Source of the DNA: Candidatus Eiseniibacteriota bacterium
Lineage (GTDB): Bacteria > Eisenbacteria > RBG-16-71-46 > CAVPCR01
Reading direction: 5' to 3'
Length of the DNA: 64,000 nucleotides
Assembly: GCA_963702435.1 (NCBI GenBank)
Contig: CAVPCR010000002.1
Span: 160,001 to 224,000 of the forward strand
The translations under genes were made by a program, and so were the position numbers. Positions 56,288-64,000 of this stretch are shown piece after piece (the first letter of the stretch is position 1; every line of letters starts with the position of its first letter). The notes beneath the pieces are model-generated. The model searched no databases and was not told the origin of the DNA. It saw only the letters and a program-made list of their open reading frames with translations.

Positions 56288-56317
56288 AAGCTAGCACAGC
56301 CTGTTCCACAGGGTCAA
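56288..56317 (-). promoter_or_regulatory. Putative sigma-70 promoter of valS
   Basis: TTGACC-18 nt-TAGCTT with extended TG. Confidence 0.6.
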
Positions 56318-56467
56318 ACCGGCGCACTGCGCCCCGGTCTCCCGATCCTTGAGGTGGCTCGTCCCCCCGGGGCGCGCCAAGAGAACAAGGCGGGGCCGCT
56401 CGCGGCAAGCGCGGTCGCCTTCCCGGACCGATGCCGGCTCGGGCAGCGCGCGGGATCCCCGCGCGCA

Positions 56468-56648
56468 CCGCGTCAAATGCTGTCGCTCCGTGTGGCCTCG
56501 CCTCGCTGCGCGGCCGATCCTCCCCGGCAGACGCTCCTCGCCCCGCCTGACGACTGCGCCCGCCGCGTCAAACGCTGTCGCGGCCTGTGCACTCCTCTCG
56601 CCTGACCAGAGCTCCTCACGACCGGCCCACGCTGTCGCCCCACCTGAC
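56468..56648. repeat. Interspersed short repeats: ccgcgtcaaaYgctgtcgc x2 (plus one partial) and cRcctgac x3
   Basis: Copies at 56468 and 56563, partial near 56629; cRcctgac at 56544, 56599, 56641. Confidence 0.75.
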
Positions 56649-56736
56649 GGCAGCCGTGCCGCCTCGCGCCGATGCGAGCTCGCCCACGTCACCCCGCTCG
56701 CGCCACATCCGCGGTCCCACCCTTCCGTCGTGACGT

Positions 56737-56752
56737 TGCACGAAACATGCCC
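56737..56752 (-). promoter_or_regulatory. Possible sigma-54 promoter facing the repeat tract
   Basis: GGGCATGTTTCGTGCA (GG-N10-GC). Confidence 0.45.
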
Positions 56753-56986
56753 CCGCGCGGTGCGATGGTCGGCGCAGGACGTGGATCTCGAGCGTCCTCG
56801 AGGCGAACGCCTCCCGCCTGCCCCCTCGAGTGCGCTCGCCGCGGTCACCCTTGTCAACTTCGTTACCGAGGAGGATCCGTCACCGGGGAAGCAGCGCGAG
56901 ATCGGGAGCGCTCATCCTGCGCGGCCGGCAGGAGGAGGGGCAGCTCGACAGGGCCGAGCCGCCGCCGTGCGCGCGCGGCGACCGGC

Positions 56987-57016
56987 TTGACTTCGCGCGG
57001 GTGCGATCCCTAGCAT
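56987..57016 (+). promoter_or_regulatory. Putative sigma-70 promoter giving a leaderless mRNA
   Basis: TTGACT-18 nt-TAGCAT, 6 nt before ATG 57023; no SD. Confidence 0.55.
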
Positions 57017-57022
57017 GCGCCG

Positions 57023-58639
57023 ATGCGCATCGTCCCCTCGAGAGGCGCGGGCGCGGCACACGCCCGCCGCCGCGCGGTCCTCACCCTCGCCGTGGCTCTG
57101 GTCGCGGTCGTGAGCGCGCGCGCCCGCGCCGGAGACGCACTAGACGCCGGACGCGGCACGCCGCCCGACCCCGTTCCGGTCGCCTCGCCGCTCTACGAGG
57201 ATCTCCGCGAGCTCCACGTGCGCGGCGGACTCCGCGTGCCCGGGCTCACCGCCCGCCCGCAGTCGGGATTCACCCTGGCCGCGGTCGTGGCCGCCGATTC
57301 GGCCACCCCGCCCGCACTCCCGGCCCTCGCCCGGGCCCGCATGGCTCTCGCCGACCCGCTCGCGACCAGCGGGCTCGACACGACCGTGACTCCGGGCCCC
57401 GTGCTCCTCCGGGTCGGCGATCGGGAGAGCCGTCTCTCCATCTCCGCGTTCGCCGGTTTCCGGGCCGAGGCCTGCCCGGACCGAGGCTTCGTGCTGACCG
57501 ACTCGACGCGCTTCGGCCTCAAGGCATCATGGTTCGTGTGGCCCGGCTTCCACCTCTACGAGGAGCTCTACGTCGCCGACGTCCCCGGCGGCCACGAGTT
57601 CGCCGATCCGCTCGTCGCCGACTCGGACATCATCATCTTCCAGGACCGGGTATTCGCCGCTCTTCACACCCGGGTCGCGGACCTCGCCTTCGGCCGCGAC
57701 CGGCTCGGATGGGGCCCGGGCACGACCGGGTCGCTCCTCCTCGCCGCGACCGCGCGCCCGTTCACCCAGCTCCGCGTCGAGCGGTTCTTCCTCGACCGCC
57801 GCATCCACGCCGTGATCGTGAACGGCGCCCTGAGCCAGGCCGAGGATCGCTTCATCGCCTATCATCGCCTCGACTGGCAGGCGACCCGCCGCCTGCGCGT
57901 CGCCTTTGCCGAGGGCGCCCGCTACAACGCCGACTTCGTCGAACCGCTCTACCTGGTCGGCATCATTCCCTACCCGCTCGTCGGCCGCCTCCTCGAGCGC
58001 GACAACGACTCGCGACAGAGCGACGCTCTCGTCCGCAACAACGTGATGTGGGACATCGACGCGAGCTACCTCGTCCGGGACGGGGTCGAGATCTACGGCG
58101 AGATCCTCGTCGACGATCTCGGCACCGAGACCTCGCAGACCCCGACCCGTCTCGGCTACCAGCTCGGGACCTACGTGGCCACCGACGTCGCCGGCTACCC
58201 TGCAACCTTCAACGCCGAGTGGACCCGGGTCTGGCGCTACGTCTACAGCGTCTTCTATGACGCCGACTTCGTGCACGAGGGAGTCTCGCTCGGCTACCCC
58301 GAAGGACCGGACTCGCGCCTCGTGCACGTGCGCGGCGCGGTCGAGGTGCGGCCGGGCTTCGAGGTAGGACTGATCGGGGAACGGCTCGATCACGGCGAGG
58401 ACGGGCTCGGCGTCTACTGGGATCCGAACGATGCGGCGATGGCCGGCGCCGATGCGAGCGAGTTCGGCGGCACCGTCGAGAGGCAGTGGCGGCTCCTCGG
58501 GTCGTTCCGGTTCCGGCCGGCGCGCCCCCTCGCCGCCACGATCGAGCTCGGCGGGGCGTGGGTCACGAACGCCGTCAACGAGCCGGACGCCGATCGCTCC
58601 GGGCTGACCGGGCGCATCATGCTCTCGATCGAGCGCTGA
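57023..58639 (+). CDS. Wzi-like (capsule assembly) outer-membrane protein
   Basis: Signal peptide, GRDRLGWGPG..GSLLL, HRL, NNVM, YGEILVDD, LGYP.GPDS. Confidence 0.75.
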   Translation: MRIVPSRGAGAAHARRRAVLTLAVALVAVVSARARAGDALDAGRGTPPDPVPVASPLYEDLRELHVRGGLRVPGLTARPQSGFTLAAVVAADSATPPALPALARARMALADPLATSGLDTTVTPGPVLLRVGDRESRLSISAFAGFRAEACPDRGFVLTDSTRFGLKASWFVWPGFHLYEELYVADVPGGHEFADPLVADSDIIIFQDRVFAALHTRVADLAFGRDRLGWGPGTTGSLLLAATARPFTQLRVERFFLDRRIHAVIVNGALSQAEDRFIAYHRLDWQATRRLRVAFAEGARYNADFVEPLYLVGIIPYPLVGRLLERDNDSRQSDALVRNNVMWDIDASYLVRDGVEIYGEILVDDLGTETSQTPTRLGYQLGTYVATDVAGYPATFNAEWTRVWRYVYSVFYDADFVHEGVSLGYPEGPDSRLVHVRGAVEVRPGFEVGLIGERLDHGEDGLGVYWDPNDAAMAGADASEFGGTVERQWRLLGSFRFRPARPLAATIELGGAWVTNAVNEPDADRSGLTGRIMLSIER

Positions 58640-58702
58640 CTCGGGTTCTCGAGCGAGTGGCGGCCCGGGCTCTCGGTCGAGCGCGGGCCGCGGGCACCGC
58701 GC

Positions 58703-60541
58703 TCAGGCGGCGCTCGCCGCCCTGTCCTCGCCGGCCTGCGCCCCGGCGGCCGGGACCTCGACCGTGAAGGTCGAGCCCTGGCCGGGGCGGCTCGACACGG
58801 TGATCCGCCCGCCGTGCCGCTCGACGAGGGCGCGCGACACCGAGAGGCCGAGACCGGTGCCTCCCGTGCGCCGCGTGAGCGACCCGTCGAGCTGGGCGAA
58901 GCGGCGGAAGATGTGCACCTGATCGCGGGGCTCGATGCCGACGCCGCGATCGATCACGTGGAAGCGCACGACCCCGTCCACCGCCTCGATCTCGAGCCGC
59001 ACCTGTTCCCCGCTCTCCGAGAACTTGACGGCGTTCGAGAGCAGGTTCGAGAGCACGCGGGTGAACCGCTGCCGGTCGACGCGGACCACGGCGCCCGCCG
59101 GCGGGGCCTTGACCTCGATCCGGATGCCCTTGCGTGAGGCCACGGGAACGAGGCGGCGCGTGGCCTCATCGAGGAGCTCGGCGGCCGGCGCCTCGACCGT
59201 ATCGAGCTCGATGTCCCCTTCCATCTCGGCCGAGGCCAGGATGAGCTCGATCTGGTCCTCGAGCTGGCGCACGGCGAGGTCCGAGATGGACAGGAGCTCG
59301 CGCGCCGACGCGTCGAGCTGCGGGCCGTAGTAGGTGTCGAGGATCTCGAGCGCCGCCTTCATCTTGGTGAGCGGCGTGCGGAGCTCGTGCGACACTGCGG
59401 CGATGAACTCCGACTGCAGCCGGTCGAGGCGGCGCGCCTCCTCGTAGATCTGCGCGTTGCGGATGGCGACCGCCGCGTGGGCGGCGAAGGCGTGCGCGAG
59501 ATCCTGCTCCTCGGCGCTGAAATCGACGACGAGCGGCGGCGCAGCGGCGGCGGTGACGGAAGAGGCGGCGGCGCCCGCGGCCGCGGGGTCCGCGTCCGGG
59601 CGGGTCCCCCCCTCCGGCTCGGCCAGGCGATCGAGGAGGACGAGGATGCCGATCGCCGTGCCCTCCCAGACCAGCGGCACCGCCAGCGCGCTCTCCGGCG
59701 CGAAGCGGGCGAGCGGATCTGCGGCCGGGAGTCCCGGCGCGATGCAGGAGAGATCGAGCGTACGCCCGAAGAGGACCGCGCGCCCGGCGAGTCCCTCCCC
59801 GATCGTGAAGACCAGGTCGAGTGGCGCCGCCCCCCTGTCGGCGGGAGCGGCAGCCTCGAGCTCGTAGCGCTCGGCGTCGGGACTCCGCAGGAAGACCAGA
59901 CCCCGGCGCGCGTGCGTGAGCGCGCAGGCCCGCTCGGCGACGCCGTCGAGCGTCTCCCCGAGATCCAGGTCGCGGCCGAGACCGCGGGCCAGGTCGAGGA
60001 GAAGACGGAGGTTCCGCGTCGCCTCGGCCACCCGCTCGCGGAGCTCCTGCCCGCGGCGGCCGAGCTTCTTGTTGGCGGCACGGAGCCGGGTCACGAGCCT
60101 GCGATTGGCGCGGCGGAGCCGCCGCCGTTCGAGCGCGCGATCGAGCGCCAGGGCGAGGGACTCGAGCTCGAAGGGCTTTTGCAGATAGTCATCGGCGCCG
60201 CGCCGGAGGGCCACGATGGCCGAGTCCGCGGTGGCATAGCCGGTGATGATGAGCACGCAGAGCTCGGGATCGAGCCCGCGCACCTCGCTGAGAAGCGCCA
60301 GACCGTCGCGACCGGGCAGGTTGAGGTCGAGGATCATCGCGTCCCAGCGACTTGCGGCGAGGCGCTCGGTCGCCGCCTCGGCGCTCCCCACCGCCTCGAC
60401 GGCGAAGCCGCGCGGCGTCAGGAACTCGACCAGGATGTCCCGGATGCCCGGCTCGTCGTCGACGACGAGGACGCGGCCCGGGGTGGGCAACCCGGCTTCC
60501 CGGCGCGGCGGCGGATGGGATTGCGCGCTCTCGGCACTCAT
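58703..60541 (-). CDS. Hybrid kinase: receiver-coiled coil-GAF-HisKA-HATPase
   Basis: VVDDE, DLNLPG.DG, KPF; SHELRTPLT, NLLSNAVKFS, D.GVGI, GTGLGL. Confidence 0.93.
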   Translation of the reverse strand: MSAESAQSHPPPRREAGLPTPGRVLVVDDEPGIRDILVEFLTPRGFAVEAVGSAEAATERLAASRWDAMILDLNLPGRDGLALLSEVRGLDPELCVLIITGYATADSAIVALRRGADDYLQKPFELESLALALDRALERRRLRRANRRLVTRLRAANKKLGRRGQELRERVAEATRNLRLLLDLARGLGRDLDLGETLDGVAERACALTHARRGLVFLRSPDAERYELEAAAPADRGAAPLDLVFTIGEGLAGRAVLFGRTLDLSCIAPGLPAADPLARFAPESALAVPLVWEGTAIGILVLLDRLAEPEGGTRPDADPAAAGAAASSVTAAAAPPLVVDFSAEEQDLAHAFAAHAAVAIRNAQIYEEARRLDRLQSEFIAAVSHELRTPLTKMKAALEILDTYYGPQLDASARELLSISDLAVRQLEDQIELILASAEMEGDIELDTVEAPAAELLDEATRRLVPVASRKGIRIEVKAPPAGAVVRVDRQRFTRVLSNLLSNAVKFSESGEQVRLEIEAVDGVVRFHVIDRGVGIEPRDQVHIFRRFAQLDGSLTRRTGGTGLGLSVSRALVERHGGRITVSSRPGQGSTFTVEVPAAGAQAGEDRAASAA

Positions 60542-60569
60542 GCCGTGACCTCCGGCTGCACAGGGGCCG

Positions 60570-61979
60570 TCATTCGTCTTCCAGATCGGAGAAGGTATCG
60601 GCGAGCGGCCACGGCGGCCCGCCGTCGGCGAACCGCGGCGTCTCGCCGTCGCCGCCGCCGGGCAGGAGTTCGTCGCCGGGCAGGAGCTCGTCGCCGGCGG
60701 GTGCGGCCTCGCCAGCCGGCGCCGGCCGCGCCGCCCCGCCGCGACCGGAGGTCGCGCCGCGCTTCGCCTCCGTTGCGGCCGCGCTCGGCAGGGCGAGACG
60801 GCGGCGCGCGCTCGCCAGGAGAGCCTGGAGATCGTCGCCCGCCTCCGGGAAGGCGGCGATGGCCGTGTGCAGGTGGAGCCGCTTGCGGCGCGGGAAGCTG
60901 TGGCGGGCCACCGTCTCGCTCACCCGCTCGGCGGCAGCCCGCGCCTCGGCGGCCGTCGTGTGCACGAGGAGGAGCACGAACTCGTCGACCCCCACGCGGC
61001 CCACGGGATCGGCGCAGCGCACGGTCCCGTTCAAGATCCGCCCCAGCTCGCGCAGGGCCTGGTCGGCGGTGGCGAGGCCGTGCGCGTTCACGAACTCCTC
61101 GTAGCCGGCCACCTTGAGGAGCACGAGGGTGAGCGGATCGCCGTGCCGCCGGCTGCGGTCGGTCTCCTCGTAGATGCGCCGGTCGAGCTGCTTCGCGGTC
61201 AGGACGTCGGTGAGCGGATCGTGGGCGGCATTCTCAGCGAGGAGACGCTCGACCACCTCACGGGTCAGGGTGGCGCCGAGGAGCGGGGCCACGGCGTTCA
61301 CGATGCGCAGATGCTCCTCATCGAAGACGCGCGGCTCCGAGTGCCCGAGATTCACGACGCCGACCAGATCCCCGTGCACGATGACGGGGACCGACATGAA
61401 GCAGCGGAGCGGGATCTCGCCCTCGGCGGCCGGCCGCTGCAGATCGGTGAGCAGGGTCGCCTTCCGGCGCTTGGCGATCCAGGAGGAGAAGCCGCTCCCG
61501 AGCTCGAACTCGACCCCTTCGATCAAGTCGACCACCCCGCCCACGGCGGCGAGCGGATCGAGCCGCCCCTTCTGCGCGTCGAAGACGAAGACCGCCGCCC
61601 GGTTGTAGGGCACGAGCTGCCCGAGGAGCGTGAGGAGCCGGATGAGCCCGTCCGCGGGCCGCGCCTCGGCCCGGAGCGCATTGCCCATCTCGGTGAGGAC
61701 CTCGAACTCCACCTCCGGCCCCCGGCCGGGGCGATCGTCCGGCGTCGCTTCCTTGAGCGAGGCGGCCACGAGCTTGTTCAGGTGGATCGCCGCCGCGAGC
61801 ACATCCGACGAGCGCTTCTGCGACGACGACTGGCTGAAGCGCTCCTCGAGCCGCTCGGCATCGCGCTGGCTCACGATCTGGGCCTTGCTCGCCGAGCGCA
61901 GGAGCCGAAGCTCCGAGCGCTCGAACTGGGTGATCGTCTCGGCCAGGCTCTTCGACCCGCGTCCGTTCCTGCGCGCCAT
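60570..61979 (-). CDS. GAF plus degenerate GGDEF domain protein
   Basis: GAF segment, HDPLT.V, RCAD-PVGRV-GVDEF. Confidence 0.85.
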   Translation of the reverse strand: MARRNGRGSKSLAETITQFERSELRLLRSASKAQIVSQRDAERLEERFSQSSSQKRSSDVLAAAIHLNKLVAASLKEATPDDRPGRGPEVEFEVLTEMGNALRAEARPADGLIRLLTLLGQLVPYNRAAVFVFDAQKGRLDPLAAVGGVVDLIEGVEFELGSGFSSWIAKRRKATLLTDLQRPAAEGEIPLRCFMSVPVIVHGDLVGVVNLGHSEPRVFDEEHLRIVNAVAPLLGATLTREVVERLLAENAAHDPLTDVLTAKQLDRRIYEETDRSRRHGDPLTLVLLKVAGYEEFVNAHGLATADQALRELGRILNGTVRCADPVGRVGVDEFVLLLVHTTAAEARAAAERVSETVARHSFPRRKRLHLHTAIAAFPEAGDDLQALLASARRRLALPSAAATEAKRGATSGRGGAARPAPAGEAAPAGDELLPGDELLPGGGDGETPRFADGGPPWPLADTFSDLEDE

Positions 61980-62070
61980 GCTCTCCCTCGCTGGTTTGTC
62001 GCGTCCCTGAGACCCGAACCCGCGAACCGCCGGCGACCCGCGCCCCGGCGCTCTCCCCTGCTCGCCCGCC

Positions 62071-63045
62071 CTAGGCCGCGAGCTCCGGCACGCGCCGCCG
62101 AAGCCGCCGGATGGCCTTCGTATGCACCTGCGACACGCGTGATTCCGAGATGCCGAGGATCTCGCCGATCTCCTTGAGCGTGAGCTCCTCGTAGTAGTAG
62201 AGGGCGACGACGAGCCGCTCCTGCTCGGGCAGATGATTGATCGCCCCGAGCAGGATTCCGCGCGCCTCCTGGAGCTCGACCGACTGCAGGCAGTCGACCG
62301 TCTCCTCGGCTTCGATCGCCTCGCCGAGACCCATGACGTCGGAGGAGTCGTCGTGCGCCTGCGGCCGCTCGAGCGACAGGTGCACCGCGTTCTGCACCTC
62401 GTCGGAGAGACGGAAGAACTCCTGGGAGTCGAGCCCGAGGGCGTCGGCGATCTCGCCCTCGCTGGCCGCCCGCCCGAGCTTTTGATCGAGGGTGCGGCTC
62501 ACCTCCTCGACCTTCCGCGCCTTGCGCCGCGTCGTGCGCGAGGCCCAGTCGAGCGCGCGGAGCTCGTCGAGCACCGCGCCCCGGATGCGCCACACCGCGT
62601 ACGTCTCGAACTTGGTCCCGCGCGTCGCGTCGAACTTCTCCCAGGCGTCGTAGAGTCCGATCACCGCGGAGCTGTGCAGATCGTCGAGGTCCACGGTCTT
62701 GGGCAGGGTGGCCGAGATCTTGTCGACGACGTACTTGACGAGCGGCGAGTAGCGGGCGAGCACCTCCGCGACCTGGCGCTCGCGATCCCGCGGCACGAGG
62801 GCGAGAGCGGTCGCCCGGGCCAGGGCCGACACGCCGTCCGCCGCGGCCGCCGTTCCCGGTTGCGCCGGAGCGCGGCGGCCGGCGCCGCGTGCCGCCGTGC
62901 GACCGGCGGCCGGCGAGGCGGCGGAAGACGGGGCCGGCGCACGCCGGTCGTTTCCGTTGACGCGCGTGAGCACCGGCCGGGCGCCGCGCGGGCGCGCCTT
63001 CTGCGTCTCGACTTCCGTGAGCTGGACTTCGAGCGTCCTTGACAT
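62071..63045 (-). CDS. FliA/WhiG family (sigma-28) RNA polymerase sigma factor
   Basis: KFETYAVWRIRGAVLDELR.LDW, LYYYEELTLKEIGEILGISESRVSQVH. Confidence 0.95.
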   Translation of the reverse strand: MSRTLEVQLTEVETQKARPRGARPVLTRVNGNDRRAPAPSSAASPAAGRTAARGAGRRAPAQPGTAAAADGVSALARATALALVPRDRERQVAEVLARYSPLVKYVVDKISATLPKTVDLDDLHSSAVIGLYDAWEKFDATRGTKFETYAVWRIRGAVLDELRALDWASRTTRRKARKVEEVSRTLDQKLGRAASEGEIADALGLDSQEFFRLSDEVQNAVHLSLERPQAHDDSSDVMGLGEAIEAEETVDCLQSVELQEARGILLGAINHLPEQERLVVALYYYEELTLKEIGEILGISESRVSQVHTKAIRRLRRRVPELAA

Positions 63046-63073
63046 GAGCTCTCCTCGCTCGGCAGGCGCTTAT

Positions 63074-63454
63074 CTAGCGCGACTCGAGGGCGAAGGCCTC
63101 CGCGACCAGCGCCTTCACCCGATCCACGTCGAACGGCTTCTGCACGTAGGCGAGCGCTCCGCTCCGGCGCACGCTCGCGGCGATCTCCGGCCCGCCCCAC
63201 GCGCTGAAGACGATCGCCCGCGGGGGCTCGGCACCGCTCCCGAGGCGCGCCAGAAGCGCGAAGCCGTCCTCGTCGGGCAGGCGGATATCGGTGATGACGA
63301 GATCGGCCGGCTCCGCCGCGTGCGCCGCGACGGCTTCCGCCGCCGAGTGCGCGGTGCGGATCGCGAAGCCCTCCTCGCGCAGGCTCTCGGCGAGCGCCCA
63401 CGCGGTAGCCTTCTCGTCGTCCACGATGAGCACGGAGCGGGTGACCTTCGACAC
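63074..63454 (-). CDS. Single-domain response regulator
   Basis: LIVDDE, DLVITDIRLP.EDG, SAWG, KPFD. Confidence 0.9.
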   Translation of the reverse strand: MSKVTRSVLIVDDEKATAWALAESLREEGFAIRTAHSAAEAVAAHAAEPADLVITDIRLPDEDGFALLARLGSGAEPPRAIVFSAWGGPEIAASVRRSGALAYVQKPFDVDRVKALVAEAFALESR

Positions 63455-63558
63455 CGGACGGATTCCTCGGGTGTTGGGGTGAAGCGACGACAGGTGACTG
63501 GTGGCGGCCGGCGCCCCCGGGTTCCCGCCAGCGGGATCGCGCCGCCGAGAGGGCAGGC

Positions 63559-63574
63559 AGCAAGCGGCATGCCC
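63559..63574 (-). promoter_or_regulatory. Putative sigma-54 promoter of the receiver/sigma-28 operon
   Basis: GGGCATGCCGCTTGCT. Confidence 0.65.
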
Positions 63575-63839
63575 GGCCGGCGATGCCGGGTGGAAACTCC
63601 CGGCCGGGCACGGAAGCTCAAGCCGTCAAGGCAGTTGCGGGAGGGGGGTGGGGAGCGGGCGATGGGCGGGAGGAGGCCCCGGCCGGCTCCGGCTCTACCG
63701 GGGAGATCAGAATTGAGCCGGTCCGCGCTAAACCCGCATGGCGACGACGGGCAAAACGCCCGCCGCCCGTGCAAAGCGCACGGCGCGTCGCGCTTTGCCG
63801 CGCGCGGCGTCGGGACTCGCGATGATGGGGCGCCGGGAG

Positions 63840-64000
63840 CTAGCTCGGCGCGAGCTCGGGCTCCATCTCGAGCCCGTACTTGCGAGCCTTGGCCCGGAGC
63901 GTATGCCGGGAGATGCCGAGGAGCCGCGCCGCGAGCGTCTTGTTGCCGCGGGTGTGCGCGAGCGCCTGTTCGATGGCGAGACGCTCCGCATCATCGAGAG
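63840..64000 (-). CDS. C-terminal Fis-type HTH of a probable sigma-54-dependent activator (partial)
   Basis: Manual translation LDDAERLAIEQALAHTRGNKTLAARLLGISRHTLRAKARKYGL...stop at 63840. Confidence 0.85.
   Translation of the reverse strand, partial: LDDAERLAIEQALAHTRGNKTLAARLLGISRHTLRAKARKYGLEMEPELAPS

Noticed and set aside
56302..56310. DnaA box / replication origin
   Set aside because: Single mismatched box inside a promoter spacer; no cluster or AT-rich unwinding region
56468..56648. CRISPR array
   Set aside because: Only two near-identical 19-mers, irregular spacing, no cas genes
63740..63800. c-di-GMP-I riboswitch (GGGCAAAAC...GCAAAGC)
   Set aside because: On the strand opposite the downstream genes and lacks the GAAA tetraloop/receptor layout

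Overview
Very GC-rich bacterial chromosomal window, probably from a metagenome assembly; the lineage cannot be fixed from sequence alone. It is mostly housekeeping and envelope genes: dgcN-like/pgeF, a bacillithiol operon (HDAC-family deacetylase, SAM methyltransferase, bshC, bshB1, bshA), asd, nfeD/stomatin, dcd, a glycan locus (wecB, wcaJ-like, three GT4, a flippase), tRNA-Sec, lepA-lepB-hemW, glmM-glmS-ridA, tRNA-Thr/Phe, nadC-birA-nrdR-tatC-coaX-groEL, uvrB and valS. It also holds a type IV minor-pilin cassette and two signalling modules. The most interesting signal is in non-coding DNA. Five sigma-54-type (-24/-12) motifs lie in intergenic gaps, all on the minus strand. They precede a GAF kinase/receiver pair, the minor-pilin operon (twice, with an identical 14-nt core and a pilW 3' relic), a repeat-containing ORF-less tract, and a receiver / sigma-28 (FliA/WhiG) / catalytically dead GGDEF / hybrid kinase operon. 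That last operon sits right behind a Fis-HTH (probable sigma-54 activator) gene. Frameshifts in glmS, ridA, groEL, uvrB and valS are most likely assembly errors. No CRISPR array, transposase, integrase or reverse transcriptase was seen. All product calls come from motif recognition by eye, not database searches.
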